Of a DNA stretch of 64,000 bases, positions 1-13,601 are shown one piece after another (position 1 is the stretch's first letter; each line of letters begins with the position of its first letter). Origin of the DNA: Octopus sinensis. Lineage: Eukaryota. The stretch spans positions 42,284,001 to 42,348,000 of the forward strand of contig NC_043003.1 in assembly GCF_006345805.1 (NCBI RefSeq), given 5' to 3'. The notes under the pieces are model-generated. The model saw only the letters and a program-made list of their open reading frames with translations, was not told where the DNA came from and did no database searches. The position numbers were made by a program, and so were the translations under genes.

Positions 1-934
1 TTTTAGTTAAATATGTCTTTAAATCTGTCAGAGTTATCTCTCTTCAGTATTTTCCATTGATTACGTCTAAAACGCTAGAAACGCAGTGTCTGGGAATCTG
101 ACAGTACTGGACAAATATGGTAGGTTCACACCTTTTACCATACGAAGGAAATTTTTTTTTCCTCCACACTAACTGCAATGAATGTTTTGCCTTTAGAAGT
201 TAAAATTTGTCACCAAAATATTTTAACTAACGAAAAGTTCGCGCACGCGCACACACACAATGAGATGGCAAAGAAATAAGCGACTGTCTTATGAACTTCA
301 TCAGCTTACAAACTAATTCTGCAGAGCGATGCAGTGGCCTTATAGTTCAGTGTTTGAATAACACGTGATAACTTCATCAGAGCTTCGAATGAGAAATGCT
401 CTTCATAAATTACACTTAGAGAGTGACCTATCAGGCGCTTAGCTGTATATGCAACCCGTCAGACTCAAATTGCCGGTGACACACACCTCTCTAGATTATG
501 TGCCTCCAGCCATAAAAAGCAGTATTTTACACGTATGTATGTATGTATGCATGTATGTATGTATATAAATCCTTGTTTTTTTCTATGTATGAGTGCAACA
601 ATATTTGTGTGTACAAATATGTCGTATGTATGCGTGTATATTCCTACATTTATGTATATGCCCAAGTATATTTATGATATGTGGCTATGCATCTTATATA
701 TGCATAATAATTAAGGCATCATTGGAAGGTACCATAACGAAAAAAGGTAAACATTGCAAGTGATATTGTTTTCAATTCAGTTATCTACTCCTGTCTATGC
801 ACATTGTGTATGTAATGTAAACAGTCTGAAAAACTACTTACAAGCATTATTAATTCTTCGAACAAAAAAAACTTTTACAAATCTCAATAACTCCATTGTT
901 CACATTGGTAAAAGATTCTTTATTGTGTTGATTT

Positions 935-2030
<1,096 letters not shown>

Positions 2031-2129
2031 TATACAATCTATATGTGTGTGTATGTGTTTGTGTTTGTGTTATATTCACATATGCACAAAAACATAGTTG
2101 AGCAGTAATACCAAATTAGCTACGATAAT

Positions 2130-2345
2130 AACGGTTTCCACCTCGGTTCAAGGCTTGTAATTTCATGTAAGGGGGTAAGGTGATTACAACAATCCCAGTG
2201 TTCAACTGGTACTGATTTCTGAGGTTGACTCCCTAAAGGGGTCAACCTCAGCATAATTTGCTTTCAGATCGTAATAAGTCGGAAGAAATACTACAAAGTA
2301 ATTTTTTTCATGTCGCTCTGACAGTTCTGCCTGTTCACCGGCTAA
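2130..2345 (-). mobile_element. Decayed tRNA-derived SINE, family A (ggcgagctggcagaa... head, (ATT)n tail)
   Basis: Aligns by eye to the cleaner copies at 42042-42245 and 42283-42492 (ccagtg-tcaactggtac, gtcgacctcggcggaatttg motifs). Confidence 0.6.
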
Positions 2346-3259
2346 CAACAACAATTATAACAACGCAAAACATATCTACTGTCTGATACGACTCTTGTGG
2401 CCATGAATCTTTTGGTTTTAAAATATATTTGTCTGAACTAAGGCGCAGTATTCATGACCTTTATGGTCTTTTCATAAACCAAACATTATGATACGTTTGG
2501 GACCAATCAGAAAACCATTAACTTTTTATCAACATCAGCAAGAATTACACTGATCACAAGAAATAAGGTTTCAGAAGTTTTATGTTACGTGGAACAGTAT
2601 ACGGGCGTGGTGGTTGATGCAGAACCTGAAAGAGGGTCGAAACAGTGTGGGTGACGAGAATGGGCAGAGATGTGTTTCTCGTATAGGTTGCAATAAGCTA
2701 ATCAATAAAATCACCCAATGTCCTCACACTGCCACGTAAAGGCTTGTTCCTTGCCTTCCGATATCTTTCGTATTCTGAGTTCATACATCAGTTGTTTGCC
2801 ATGACACCTTTTTGTGTTTTTAGTTGTCTATAGTGAATAAGGAACTGAAACTGAGGAGAAGAGGCTATTGTTGTAACCACTATTCTTGGTATGTTATGTG
2901 TTTATTGGAGCCTATTCTGTTCAAGCCTTAGCACCAGGTATCTAGAATAAAGAAAACTTTCTCTCTTCTTCCCACTCGTCTCTGAGGCTCTGTAAAGAGC
3001 CATTGGTGATGGCTTTCATAGCTCTTATACCCACAAGTACTGACAGCACAACGCGAATTGAGTCTTCTCCAAGCATCCTTATTGTCTTCTTATCTCTGAG
3101 TTTCACTCGCAATGTTGTATAAAGACGAGCTGCGGAACAAACGGTATTTTTGAAATTGCTACCGAAATGAGACAGGGTTATATCTTGTCGGTGTTTCTGC
3201 CCCTGACAGAGATCGATTTCATTATATGGCAAGCTATGTAATGACTAAGGGATGTAAGT

Positions 3260-3462
3260 TATACAAGTTTCAAAGTTTGGTACAAAGTCATCAATTTTGG
3301 TCGGAGCAGGTACTCGATCACATCGCCCCAATGCTAAACTATCGCTTAATCTTTCCACACCATATGAATGAATAGCAAATTTGATTTGGGTGGTATTTGA
3401 ACTCAGGCTATAAAGAAACGAAAGAAACGCCAGTAACGATTCTTCTAGCCAGCTCGTGCCTT
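3260..3462 (-). mobile_element. Decayed SINE family A
   Basis: Carries tttgaactcag and gccagctcg-gcctt head motifs shared with the 42 kb copies. Confidence 0.5.
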
Positions 3463-4811
3463 AAACAATGAAGAAATAATGAAAAAGGATTTTCTTAATA
3501 TTGGTTATCATTTGTGTTGGTTTTCTTCTTGTTTTACTATGCTGTTATTGATGTAATATTTAGCAACTGAAGCAAGTTTGATTGGGGCGGGAATTGAACA
3601 CAGAAAGTAAGAGAATGTTATTATTTTCATTGTCGTTTTCCCTGATGCGATTATTGTTGCTCTAATACCTGATCCTAGTTTCGTTCCTGCTGTTATTAGT
3701 GTTAGCATTCTTCTTATTGTTTTTATTGCTTTGATCGACTTGTGACTCATGCTGGCGAAGATGTATTTATTAACGCAGTTGATGTTATTATTATTATTAT
3801 TGTTGTTGTTGTTGTTGCTGCTGCTATTGTTGTTGTTGTTAGTGCAGTGGCTGCTGCTGCTGTTGTTGTTAACCTCTTTAGTATACCTGTAAGCCAAAAA
3901 CACCGATGGAATCTCTATGAAATCACCTCATTTACTAATGAGTGTACCAAAACAGTGAAACTAAATTAACAGCAGTCGAAGTAAACACATAATCCCTCTG
4001 GCGTAACAGCATGCGCGCGCACACATGCACAGAACCTTCTCTCTCACACACATTCTCGCCCCATACATATCACTAGAAACCCTAACACACAACATAAACG
4101 TATGTATATGTACATGTATATGTATTTTGTGTGTGTGTGTGTGTGTGTTTGTGTGTGTGTATGTGTGTACTTAATCCCATATAAATATATTTATATGCGA
4201 ATATGTGCATGTGTTTTTATGTAATATATACACATGTGCAAACGTGCTCAAACAACTAAATACAGTACATACATAAACATCATCCTTTGCAATTTAAATT
4301 CTTAACTCCTTGTTAATTTTACAGTCTCTTCTGTAGTAAGGAATTGAAGGATGAATAGACTATGCATTTGTATTCATACAAACACACGCTATATACAAAT
4401 ATATGTTTTTACCCAGATGTACGTAAGACAATTTTTTCACGACAGATCTATAAAATTACCTCGTATATATAATGACATACTACGTATATAAACATGTGCA
4501 ACTCGTAAATTCTTTGTCATCCATCCATCCAGCCATCCAGCCACACATTTTTCTATTTACAGCAAGATGAAAACTCAGCAAAACAGGAACAAATGATCCA
4601 AGGTTATAACCATTCCACCGACCCACCGCTCTGAACTGGTAGTTTATGTTAGACTTCAAAATGATGTAAAGATATGTTGTACTCTTCGGGATTTGAACGT
4701 AGATCACAGATAGCTAGAAAAGCTACGAAAGCTTTATTCAGTATTATATAATAATTTAAATAGAATAATAAATTCATGATACTGTAATTGTGAAGTGTAT
4801 AAGAATGTATA

Positions 4812-5180
4812 GTGTCATCATATCATGGCTCGGCTTCGCGAACAAAGATCAGGAAGGTTGTCCACGTCGTGTGCATAGGGTCAAGACTACGGCTTCCAGT
4901 GACATCTTCCACCTGCCGCTTTCGCCCCTTTCCCATCGCTGCAGGGCTTTTAGGATGTCTGGTCACAGAACGTGGATATGTCTTTGGCCTGCGCTAGGGA
5001 GTTTCAAGGTGAAGTGCAGTGCGCACAAACTGGCCCCACCCTTTAAGTACGAGGTTCTTCTGCCATGGCCTAGCGAGCTGGGACGGTGACTGCGAGATCA
5101 TCGGGCCGTAGGTTTGAAGTCGGAGTTACCCTCTCCTAGGACGGTTGCCGACCACGGCTGACGAGCTCCTCCCCTGCCCG
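4812..5180 (+). mobile_element. GC-rich probable 5' UTR fragment of an RTE-clade LINE
   Basis: GC-rich island containing ttaccctctcctaggacggttgccgaccacggctgacgagctc, which resembles RTE 5' UTR motifs as I recall them. No ORF homology seen. Confidence 0.4.
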
Positions 5181-7064
5181 TGCCATATATTGTACAGACA
5201 ACAGTGATTAAGAAGTAATTAGGAAGTATATATACATGAATCTGTTTATGAATAGCACAGAAATATTAACAGAACATAGCCTGTCAACTGTACGCATTTA
5301 CTAACATATCTTTAAGTTTTCTGTCTCTCAGATTTGAGCACGAATCTACACCTTGACAGCTAATCCACTAGGGCGTAGAATTTGCTAAGGTTTTGTTTTA
5401 GTTATTATAGAAGACTAACAGCTATTTATGCAGTACGCATTATCAAAGTAAGGGCACGTATATTTTGACGCCTGTAACATTATTGACAAATTCAGAATGT
5501 CAATTATTCGGAATCAGTTACTGCAAATCAATTTCATCAGCGCTTTAATTCCTCCTTCCTGTTACTGTCTTTGAGCGGTATTTTATTTTATGGAAACCAG
5601 GAGGATAAAATGCAAAAGTTCTCATTTCAACAGGATTTAAACTTCGATGTAAAGAGCCGAAACAAATCACGCAGGATGTATTTGTCAGACTCACCATCGA
5701 TTTTACAAAACCACCTCGAATATATCCATATAATCTTAAACATTTCAGAATGTATTCACTGTTTTACGCACACATTAACACAGAAGAATTTTCACGTCCG
5801 TATGCAAGCACGCTGAGTGTATAAAAGGACATAATTTTCTCTTTTCTGTGGAAAGTAATGCTTCAAACAAAGCGTTTCCTAATTCTCCTGAGATATTTAC
5901 ATATATGCATTTAAGAAAGGGCGTGCAATGATTCATCAGAGAAACTGATCACCTATGAACTAAACTGGAGATGTCACGAAGAGATCATCTGAATAAATTG
6001 TGTGTGTGAATACACTGCTCGCTATACATATGTAAACTCTTAATGAAAAACTGAAAATATATCAAACAAACTGAATGCCTTGCGCATTAAAAGAACAAAA
6101 CTATAAAACTTATTTTTCATTTTGAGATGTTATGCGAGGGATTTTGTATGGTACCATGAAAATGTACCAGAGACGAGGGAAATGGATGTGAAATTAAAGT
6201 GAAATTTTTTTATGATTCCTTAATCATAGTAGTGAAATTCCAGATACACTAAAAGCAAGGTGATTCGCAGTTATTTCAGTATTTAAGGTAACATCTGTAC
6301 TGAAAAACAAACTTGTGATATCTTAAAAATGTATTAAGGGGTGGTTTGCTGCGATCACTAAACTTATCTTAGCTATGATTCATCTTAGAAATATATAGAA
6401 GATTTCATTGCTTTCTATAAAATATCGAAAAATTATGATGATAAGCGGCATGTATATTATCCTCTGTCAATGGTTTTCACAAAATTCTTTGACATTTAGC
6501 CAAGTGCCAGGGCTTCAGTAAATTGTGTGATATGGATGAATTATATAAAGATTATATAATTGTAGAGACAATTATTAATACTCCTGGTCAATAGAAGTAT
6601 CCTACAGATAAGAAGTGTACGGCAGAAACACACACATACACACGCACACAGACACAACATATTTATATACAAACATACTTAAATATATATATTCAGGGCA
6701 ATCTGAAGTAAGCTAATGTAATGTGCTACGAAAACAAACGTTATCAAATCTGCATTTAAAGTGGTTAACACTTCTAAATTCTAATTCCATTGTTTGCATT
6801 TTAGTTAATAAACGATATTTTACGAAGCCTAACTACTGACATTGAAGACTTGGGGAAGAGGGACACATCAACTGATGATAATAACTGGGATGCTGAACAA
6901 GAATGTCCTAGATATTCGATCTACTAGAAGCTGCAGACAAACGCCTTTGAATCACATCACAACTTTATTACAAAACAAAAGTATATATTGGAATGGAAAT
7001 ACAATCATATATATATATATATATATACTGATAAAAACGGTAAGATAACAAAATAACAAAAGAA

Positions 7065-7215
7065 AGAAAGAGACCACCATATGTAAATATAGGAATTTAT
7101 CTGTAAATGTAATATGTGACAATTATTCGGTAGCCAAGATAAAACTCCGAGTTTTGGATGCCAAGGTGGAAATCCACGCCACTATCTTTTCAGCTATACG
7201 GCCATCGGAAAAATG
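7065..7215 (-). mobile_element. Probable Penelope-associated repeat with a decayed hammerhead-like fold
   Basis: Minus strand reads ctgaaaa-gat...atcc-aaaactcggagt-t-ttatc. This is hammerhead topology with both catalytic boxes mutated. Confidence 0.3.
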
Positions 7216-7307
7216 CTATGAAAAATGACCGTTATACAAAGGGAAATTACTGTGGTATTGGCCGCTATTAAGACAAAAGAGCTATTCGAATGACCGCTGA
7301 AAGCAAG

Positions 7308-7346
<39 letters not shown>

Positions 7347-8869
7347 GCGTAAGTGAAAGAAGACGTGACTGTCATGACTGGAAAACCTTTGATTTCGGGT
7401 CTGCTGGAGTATATTTGCCTATAAGTCTATCCAGTCTTGGGTGACCAGGCGTTCAATAACGCAAAAATAACAGCATTCTGTGCAAGATTCACCAAACTGT
7501 TCTAAAATGGCTCTCTCTCTCTCTCTCTCTCTCTCTCGCTCTCTCACTCTCTATCTCTTAGATAGCAATAGAAATATCATATGGTAGAAACGAGTGTGGC
7601 ACAAGTGTGCTCCACCCTTTATACCAACTGAAACTTTGAAATTGTTTTGAAAACGAACCAATACTTCACAGTAATACATACATAAACACATAGAATATAA
7701 GAAGTGGGCTCTCTTGTGGTGTTGTTGTAGGTGGTGGTGGTCTTTCTTTTATAAACAGCTTATTTTTGTTTTTTCAGATGCCAGTGGCATCAAAGACACT
7801 GAACCAACAGAAGAACAAACAGTTTTGCATAGATTCCCTTCGGTAAATAAACAAAAGGAAATAGAGACATCCTAAAATAATAAGAGAAAAAACAACAACG
7901 ACAAAAACCAGTGATAAGACTAAAATATAAATAAATGTGTTCTTTAACACCAATTTTATTCATCTGTTTATCCAACCATTCTTTGGTGTCTATTTACCAA
8001 AGATAGTATTACCAAAATCTGTGTGGGCCATATACGTGTATTCTTAAAATTATTGCTTCATTTAAATTGAAGGAGAGAAAAGTAATTCTTTTCACGTGTT
8101 GTTTAAATCTCAAAAGACTAAACGATGTTCTCAATAAACTGAAACTATTCAAATTTTAAATATGATAGCCTAATTGACTTGAAGTTTTGGCAATTCGTTA
8201 TAAAGATATCGGACCTGCAGTGATTGCGACTTTACAAGAAGCAATTAGAGAAAATAAATTTATTCTATATCAGCTTCGACTGATATTAAGGTGTAAATAT
8301 CACAAAAATTGTCATGGCATATGCAGAAATTCACTGCTTTGCCGTAATATTAAAATCATTCAAAATAAATGAATAGTTGAAAAAATAAATAAATATATAA
8401 ATAATCGTTAATAGTTGAGAAGCTCATAGCGATTTCATGATTTGCATATCGCAGTTTATACATTCTTCATGCTCGGCGCATTTAAGCGCGCCTGTCATAA
8501 AGTTTTCTGTGATGTTTGCAATTCAGTTTTCAGCTCGTCTCTTCAGGGTAAGGATTCTGACTTATTGAAGACGAGATGTCGAATAAATTTACTTTTCACA
8601 AATTTACATCCGTTAATTAGTTTTATTAGTTTCTTGTTTTCTATGCGGAAATATCAATATTTTCTCATCACCATAAATCCAGCATCTAGATTTTTTTCCC
8701 TGTTGCATATTTTTTTTTATTAGATAAATGTTTTTTAAAAACGTTCATAAACTCGTACAATATACTTCTAATCAACAGTGACCTGGTGTAATTCAGTCTC
8801 TATGCTATTGCTTGAAATTTTTCAAGCAATTTTCATGTATTGTTTTTTATTAGTAGTGGACTATAAGGC

Positions 8870-9060
8870 AGTGAGATAGTAGAATCTTGAGGGCATCGGG
8901 AAAATGCTTTGCAAAATTTGTTACGGTTCTTTGCGTTTTCAGACAAAAGTGTTTCCAGGGAATTCAACTTTGAATTTCACCTTCTCCAAGTCTATAAAAC
9001 AAAATACTAATCAAATCCTGAGGTCAATAGTATCAACAAAGTCCATTCACTGAATATTGC
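8870..9060 (+). mobile_element. Decayed SINE family A
   Basis: taaggcagtgag..gtagaatc..gggaaaatgct head and ttcaactttg..tttcacc body match family A. Confidence 0.45.
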
Positions 9061-10316
9061 TGGTCTTATGTTTAGATCAGCAACATTTCGTAAAGGGCTA
9101 TCATATTGCGTATCTCGAGAATTTTGATTTTAATAACATAATCGTGGTCCTTATATCCAGTCAGATGAGAGGAATGTTATGCACCACCCACTTTTCGCCG
9201 AAATGGATCTTTTGTTAAAAAATAAAATTGTATCCTATATCATATATATCTTGATCTGTAGCTCAATTAAGGTACAATTCAATTGGGACTTTGTGATAGC
9301 GATGTCAACTTCACAATGGAATCATGGCCTCAACAACTTAGTGAGTCAGACTGCAGATCACATTTATGAAGACATAGAATTTTGGGGACGTACTACATCG
9401 TTATGTTACTCTCACGTGAAAAATTATAACGAATTATAATTTTAATCATATCAATTTTTCAGTCATACTCGTGTCCGAAGTGGTGACGGTGGAGGGCTGA
9501 CTATATATTGGCTCAATCTGCAAGAAAGATCAGCTAAATCGCTTTCAGATCACATTTTACATTCATAAGAAATGTTGGATAGAACCATATACATCCAGGA
9601 TGATGTAGTGATCGTTACCTTTCTTAAACAAAGGATGATGAGGGCTTGAACTCTTTGATCATAGATTTGATCAATCTTAGCTGACCTACAGAATAAAAAA
9701 ACAATAGTTTCTACTTACACTACAAACGCCATATAAAGCACAATAACCCATCTCTCTGTACCCTCACAGTTACGTGCATCGTACTATTTTGGATAATCTC
9801 ATTTTATATAATTTTTTGTCAATATCTGTAACCCCGCCCCCGCAAGAAAGGGAGATAATGACTGAGCGTTTACCAATATGTTTTGAAGGGAAATTTTAAG
9901 ATGTATTCTTGGATTATTTCTTTTTTATTTATCGTATTCTTGAATTTTTGCTTTAATGCAACTCCACTACATTACATTATGCACGCTTTTGTGAATAGGG
10001 ACTGGAGTCTGTCTATACTAAAATAAGTCCCATGTACTAGAATAAGTCAACTGTTATCTGTTGTTGACATTATAAATAGCTCACACATATAATCCAAATG
10101 TTAGAACACTGCTTACATACGAGTGCTGACACTAGTGCTGCGCATTGACGAACGTTCGAGAAACATCCTAGCACCTCAAAAGAGCAAGCTACTTGATTAG
10201 TAACGATTAATTTACGAAAACGCCCACATCTCATGCTCACAGACAATGCCATCTCTTTCCTGCCCTCCCGTTTTCAAAACCCCCTAACTCTCTCTCTCTC
10301 TACTTTGCCTGTCTGC

Positions 10317-10372
<56 letters not shown>

Positions 10373-11366
10373 GGGTTTAGTGGAGGGGAGGTACGATGAC
10401 GAGCTCGGGGCGAACCTGGACGTCGACGAGGAGTACCTGACCCGCCTGTTCAGGACGACTTTCGGGCAGGGGCCCATGGACAACTTCCAGAGATCCCTGG
10501 CCTGGCAGTGCTACCGAGAAGCGCTACCCGTTCGGGATAAGCTCTACAGACACGGCTCGAGAAACACGGGGCCGACCTGCCCGAGATGCGGTCAGAGCGA
10601 CGAAACCGTTCTGCACGCACTCGTGCAGTGTCCAACAATTTCCGACCTGTGGGCTTATGTCGAACAACTGCTGTCACGTGTGGGACGAGTCGGTTTATCA
10701 GCTGAGTCTATCGTCAATATTGTCACGCCTCCTTCCTTCAAACGGGAAGGAAGAGCTATTTTCATCATCCTTGTGACTATGGCGAAAGAATGTATCTGGT
10801 GGACGCGTCTGAAAGGATTGGAGACAAACACTTTCCTCTCTGGTCAATCTCTCATCAACTTCTTCAAGTACCACTTGAAAAGGAAAGTGAGAGTAGAGAG
10901 GCAAGTTTTGTCTAGCGAATGTTTTAAAAAAAGATGGGTGAATGTAGCAAGAATGGCACGTATGAATGACGAAGCCACTTGAGCATGATCCTATGAACCC
11001 AGAAATTGAAAACAGAGAGTGCTTATTCGCAAAAAAAAAAAAAAAAAGTAATATAACATGTGACTCCATTGACCGAGGTTACCGTGGTCTTTTCCGTAGG
11101 CTTTTCTTTCCACGGGTAAACCTCACCTGTCCTCCCCTTTACACTTCATATTGACATTTCTGTGATAACGATCCCTATTGATCAATTGTTTTTTTTTTCC
11201 TCTCCCCTTTTTTTTAACCCCTCTTTTTTTGTCCTCTTTCTCTCCTTTTACGATCCCTTTTGATCGAAACTCCCCCTTCCTTTTTTTTTTTTAAACCTTC
11301 AAAAGAAAAGCTCTACCTTGTAATTTGTTCTATCTGTGTGCAGCCCTGTGTGGCTAATAAAGAAAC
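10373..11366 (+). mobile_element. 5'-truncated Tx1/L1-clade non-LTR retrotransposon (ORF2 C-terminus plus 3' UTR), copy 1
   Basis: Open frame to 10982 with a CX2CX8HX4C knuckle (CPRCGQSDETVLHALVQC), preceded by SLAWQCYREALPVRDKL (zf-RVT-like). The 3' UTR ends gccctgtgtggctaataaagaaac. (CTAT)n flanks both sides. Confidence 0.85.
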
Positions 11367-11426
11367 AATCTATCTATCTATCATCTATCTATCTATTATC
11401 TATCTATCTATATCTATCTATCATCT

Positions 11427-11459
<33 letters not shown>

Positions 11460-12452
11460 GGGTTTAGTGGAGGGGAGGTACGATGACGAGCTCGGGGCGA
11501 ACCTGGACGTCGACGAGGAGTACCTGACCCGCCTGTTCAGGACGACTTTCGGGCAGGGGCCCATGGACAACTTCCAGAGATCCCTGGCCTGGCAGTGCTA
11601 CCGAGAAGCGCTACTCGTTCGGGATAAGCTCTACAGACACGGCTCGAGAAACACGGGGCCGACCTGCCCGAGATGCGGTCAGAGCGACGAAACCGTTCTG
11701 CACGCACTCGTGCAGTGTCCAACAATTTCCGACCTGTGGGCTTATGTCGAACAACTGCTGTCACGTGTGGGACGAGTCGGTTTATCAGCTGAGTCTATCG
11801 TCAATATTGTCACGCCTCCTTCCTTCAAACGGGAAGGAAGAGCTATTTTCATCATCCTTGTGACTATGGCGAAAGAATGTATCTGGTGGACGCGTCTGAA
11901 AGGATTGGAGACAAACACTTCCTCTCTGGTCAATCTCTCATCAACTTCTTCAAGTACCACTTGAAAAGGAAAGTGAGAGTAGAGAGGCAAGTTTTGTCTA
12001 GCGAATGTTTTAAAAAAAGATGGGTGAATGTAGCAAGAATGGCACGTATGAATGACGAAGCCACTTGAGCATGATCCTATGAACCCAGAAATTGAAAACA
12101 GAGAGTTGCTTATTCGCAAAAAAAAAAAAAAAAAGTAATATAACATGTGACTCCATTGACCGAGGTTACCGTGGTCTTTTCCGTAGGCTTTTCTTTCCAC
12201 GGGTAACCTCACCTGTCCTCCCCTTTACACTTCATATTGACATTTCTGTGATAACGATCCCTATTGATCAATTGTTTTTTTTTTCCTCTCCCCTTTTTTT
12301 TAACCCCTCTTTTTTTGTCCTCTTTCTCTCCTTTTACGATCCCTTTTGATCGAAACTCCCCCTTCCTTTTTTTTTTTTAAACCTTCAAAAGAAAAGCTCT
12401 ACCTTGTAATTTGTTCTATCTGTGTGCAGCCCTGTGTGGCTAATAAAGAAAC
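11460..12452 (+). mobile_element. Tx1/L1-clade fragment, copy 2 (tandem duplicate of copy 1)
   Basis: Same 5' truncation point and ~99% identity. Differs by one C>T and several 1-bp indels, including a frameshift near 11918. Confidence 0.85.
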
Positions 12453-12453
12453 A

Positions 12454-12516
<63 letters not shown>

Positions 12517-13559
12517 ATCTGTCTCTATCTATCTGTCTATCTATCTACCCATCCATCCATCTCACCCTATCCTTCTCTTAATTCTCTCTAACACTTCTAA
12601 GATTCATAACAATAGAGCAATTTAGTACATGCAGTCAATATACCATTATGCAGCTAATTCTGCGTCACCAATGAAACCCATTCTAGGCACTTGACCACAT
12701 CTACTTATTCTAGAACTTTTGTTTATGTAAGCTAAACAAAGAAGGTGGGCTGGTTGCCATAATCACTGCACAGGTCCTCTCCAAAACTGCAGGCAATGAT
12801 AATCTTTGTGTTCAGTCAGAAGATTCGTAGTTCGGTGTTTATAAGTGAAAAGAAGGAGTCAGTAGTTACTATTCTGAAGAGAACTAATTAAGTAGTGAAT
12901 TTTAGTGCAGGATCTGAGTAGTGGTGTCACATGTGGACATTACACGGCTGTGTCTCTGGAGACTGCAACTATTAGCTAATTCGTATGAGCAAAAGTAGTT
13001 AACATACAGGAACATAGGCAGAATAAGAGAGTAAGGCTAACAGATAGACATCTTTGTGGTTAAAAATAGTAATTTTGTTGTTAAAATTTAGGTCACCTCT
13101 GATTGGCTAAGCAGATTCTGTCTAGATTTTGAAAATTGCTTAATTCCAGCACATACTTTTTGTGTAAGAAGCCAGAGTGAGTTGAGAGAGAGTTACTAAA
13201 TAATTCTAGCTAGTTGAGCTATCTGTTAGCGATTCTCTCGTTGGATCATGGGGGTGGGGCAAAGTTGCAATATGTTAGTGAAAAGAAATTAGTTCATATT
13301 CGATGAAACTTTCATTTTGTTTGGTAGGTGCTATCTTGAATACAAATGTACGCATATGCATGTGATGAATTTGATTATATATGAAAAGTAAACCAATGTA
13401 GGCTTCACTTGAAATTCTTGGGGAGGAAATCAGTGGAACCCATGTAATACATCCTATATAGTCTTATATTTCCGACAGAAAACGATTTACAAGAATTCAA
13501 ATAAATATTTTTGAACCTCTTGTAAAGTTAATGGGCACTGCTTCTCTCTCTCCTTCTCA

Positions 13560-13601
<42 letters not shown>

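Noticed and set aside
2650-3240. Possible decayed RTE ORF on the minus strand (LIHYRQL, KQLMYEL)
   Set aside because: Only scattered short similarities across frames; not supportable without a profile search.
5695-5758. Minus-strand exon candidate EYILKCLRLYGYIRGGFVKSM with a GTGAGT donor
   Set aside because: The acceptor has a poor pyrimidine tract and I recognise no homology.
7778-7842. Plus-strand 65-nt exon candidate (ttttcag|...|gtaaat)
   Set aside because: Good splice-like sites but no recognisable protein and no partner exons; several such matches are expected by chance.
8170-8370. Possible Tc1/mariner C-terminal remnant (PAVIATLQEAIRE)
   Set aside because: One short motif and no TIR found.
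12700-13200. Possible CR1/L2 endonuclease relic on the minus strand (IRGDLN)
   Set aside because: A single motif amid many stops; too degenerate to call.
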